Positions 61,839-64,000 of a stretch of 64,000 nt of DNA are shown here, piece by piece. The stretch spans positions 121,316 through 185,315 of the forward strand of contig NIVC01002306.1 of the NCBI GenBank assembly GCA_002269645.1. Reading direction: 5' to 3'. The translations under genes were made by a program, and so were the position numbers. Below the pieces are notes generated by a model. That model had not been told where the DNA came from, did not search any database, and was given only the letters and a program-made list of their open reading frames with translations. Every line of letters begins with the position of its first letter. Positions within the stretch are counted from its first letter, which is position 1. Source of the DNA: Macrostomum lignano. Lineage: Eukaryota.

Positions 61839-63460
61839 TGTAGACCGTGTTTACTGCAGAAGTAAGATTGAGGCTCCGGAAGAGCCAGTCGCTTCTATAT
61901 ATTTAGCGAGCACCGTACGCAAGCAACAAAGACCCTCGAGGGTCTCTCATACATGTACGCAAACCAAAAGGGGAAAAGGAAAGGAAGGAAGGAACAGCAA
62001 GCAAGCAATGGGTGACGCATCGCGATAATGAACATTCCTACCCCACTTCCCCCAACCCCCTCTCACACCACACTACACTGTACGTCATCACACCCCTTCC
62101 CACTAAGATCTTGATCACGGAAGGTGTCATCAAAAAAAGCAAAACAAGCGATCATCAGTTGCAATCAGTCAATTGTAGGTCAGCCTCTCCGGCTTGAATC
62201 GCAGCCTGGCCGATCTCCGCGGCACCGTCCACTCCTCGGTAGCTGCTTCAGGACCAGCATCAGCAACGCCCGTCTCTGCTGCCGGGGTCTCAGGCAACTC
62301 TGCTGTTGCGAGAGGTCGATAGTTGCCTCCTTCGGGCAGCGGCAGGATGGCGGCAGACTCGCAGGCTGCGGAGACATCAAGGGGGGCCGCCGGCACAATG
62401 GACGCCGCAGGCTTGCGTACCTTCTGTTGGTCATTGGTCCACACCCATTCGGATTCTTTCTTCATGATTCTTTCTCTCAAGGACTTGTCAGTACCGAAAA
62501 ATTCACTATGAATCTTGACAAGTAATTTGCACTACCAATAAACCGTTGGAGCTGCGCTTGCTTTTCAGCACGCTGTTCGAAACGGGAGCACGAGAAATGC
62601 CCGCAGACAGATTGCCCGCCGAGATTTGCCCGCAGGAGATTTGCCGTGGAGATTTGCCCGCCGAGCTTTTCCCGCGGAGATTTGCCCGCAGTGCATTTTG
62701 CCGCGAGCGAGTTGCCCGCCGAGTTTTTTCCCGCCGAGGTTTGCCCGCAATGCTTTTTTCCTGCAGCGCATTTAGCGACGCGGCAGATTTTGTCTGCATT
62801 GCCTTCCCAATGCTTAGTACGTGTTAATCTGCAATAAAGAGATTTACACGATCAAAACGTTTTGATAGTAACTGCATATTAAATGCATATTTTTTTGGGG
62901 GGGGGGGGCAATACAGACAGAATCTAGCTGCCAAATGCGCTGCAGGAAAAAAGCATTGCGGGCAAACCTCGGCGGGAAAAACTCGGCGGGCAACTCGCTC
63001 GCGGGCAAATTAAGGGCAACTCGCTCGCTCGCTGGTGGGCACTGCGGGCAAATCTCGGCGGGCAATTTTCGGCGGGCAAATCTCCACGGGCAATTCGCTC
63101 ACGGGCAAAATGCACTGCGGGCAAATCTCGCGGGAAAAGCTCGGCGGGCAAATCTCACGGGCAAATCTCCTGCGGGCAAATCTCGGCGGGCAATTAGTCT
63201 GCGGGCAATTCTCATGACCCGTTCGAAACTGTTTGGGTGCGGCATTTCTTTGATGCTGTTTACTTTTGTGGATCTACTTTCACACCTTTGTCAGTTAGTA
63301 TGTGTCCAAGAAATCGAAGCTCAGTTTTGCCAATGCTCGTCTTTGCCTGTTCAGAGTCAGGTTCTTTTTTCTGCATTGCTCCAAAAGATTTCGGACTGCT
63401 TGGTCGTGCTCTTCCCGAGTCTTTCCCATACTATGATGTCATCAATATGTAGTTAGCAGA
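61839..63460 (-). mobile_element. Ty3/gypsy remnant: degenerate RT, large internal deletion, PPT and 3' LTR (61839-62092)
   Basis: On the minus strand: HIDDIIVW (YxDD), FLGHILTDKGVKVDP, LQRFIGSANYLSRFI and KKESEWVWTNDQQK fused to an integrase tail RRSARLRFKPERL. PPT AGTGGGAAGGGG at 62093-62104 is followed by a TG...TACA LTR containing a TATA box. Confidence 0.85.
62584..63220. mobile_element. Non-autonomous Foldback/MULE element, 637 bp
   Basis: GGG...CCC termini, inverted arms built of (GCCCGCCGAGATTT)-type 14-mers, and a perfect 9-bp TSD GTTCGAAAC (62575-62583 and 63221-63229). Confidence 0.93.
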
Positions 63461-64000
63461 TTTTTCTACCTGACTTGTCACTTCTGCAAAGAGATTCTAT
63501 AGTCGATGCATTTCATACACTATGGACATCGTCAGGTCTCAATTATTTATTAATTGAAAACAGAAGAAAAGAACTTGTTAAAAAACAGTTGACAAGGAAA
63601 AGAAAATTATTACAGTTGACGAAGGAGTCAAAGTTTAGTACTCGTATACAAAACTGGGTGCACAAGTTAGGGTGGAAAGGCATGGTGCGCATCAGATCAA
63701 TCCAGTCCGGTTTTTGCGTACAATGCCTTTCCACTGAGTCTTATTGCAGTTTTCTATTTAACTTGATTGATAATGGTTCGAAACGCGTTGCATAAAGACT
63801 CATCGAATGCTGATCCTTGTGTTTCTTTTCTATATGTTCTCTTCTGAAACAGTACGCTACCATGTAATCCATGCATCCTTCCCACAGATTATTAATGCAC
63901 TTCTTGCTGCCGGTGGCTTCTCAGCATGACGGTGCGGCTTTTCTACTGCACTATGAAGTCGACATACTCTTTCGTGGAGTGGAGATCAATTCACAGCTGA

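Noticed and set aside
63470-64000. ORFs at the window end as a continuation of the gypsy pol
   Set aside because: No protease or RT motifs recognisable; left unannotated.

Overview
Repeat-rich metazoan nuclear DNA with spliced genes, GC-rich exons and CpG-variable introns. The style suggests an invertebrate such as a free-living flatworm, but that is inference. Host genes: the 5' part of an ionotropic glutamate receptor (minus strand, running off the window start), a spliced THAP-domain gene, CCDC39 (4 exons), tRNA-Leu(AAG), CCDC74-like (3 exons) and ZFPL1 (3 coding exons). Most of the rest is nested mobile DNA. (1) A ~10.3-kb Foldback-shaped element (17.8-28.2 kb) has inverted arms built from 161-bp tandem repeats and encloses a dead PIF/Harbinger-ISL2EU-type transposase. 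(2) Inside it is a Ngaro/DIRS-like retroelement with SAP-domain gag, a canonical -1 frameshift signal and RT-RNase H, but no tyrosine recombinase, flanked by a 788-bp direct duplication of its target. (3) A NOF-FB-like MULE transposase lies next to a non-autonomous Foldback element with a perfect 9-bp TSD, which interrupts a gypsy RT; a sister Foldback element sits at 14.2 kb. (4) There are also nested hAT elements, a mariner, several MITEs and many 20-22-bp minisatellites. A candidate structured RNA with a cUUCGg hairpin lies at ~36.6-36.8 kb. No CRISPR array or rRNA was found. All family calls come from motif recognition by eye; no database search was run.
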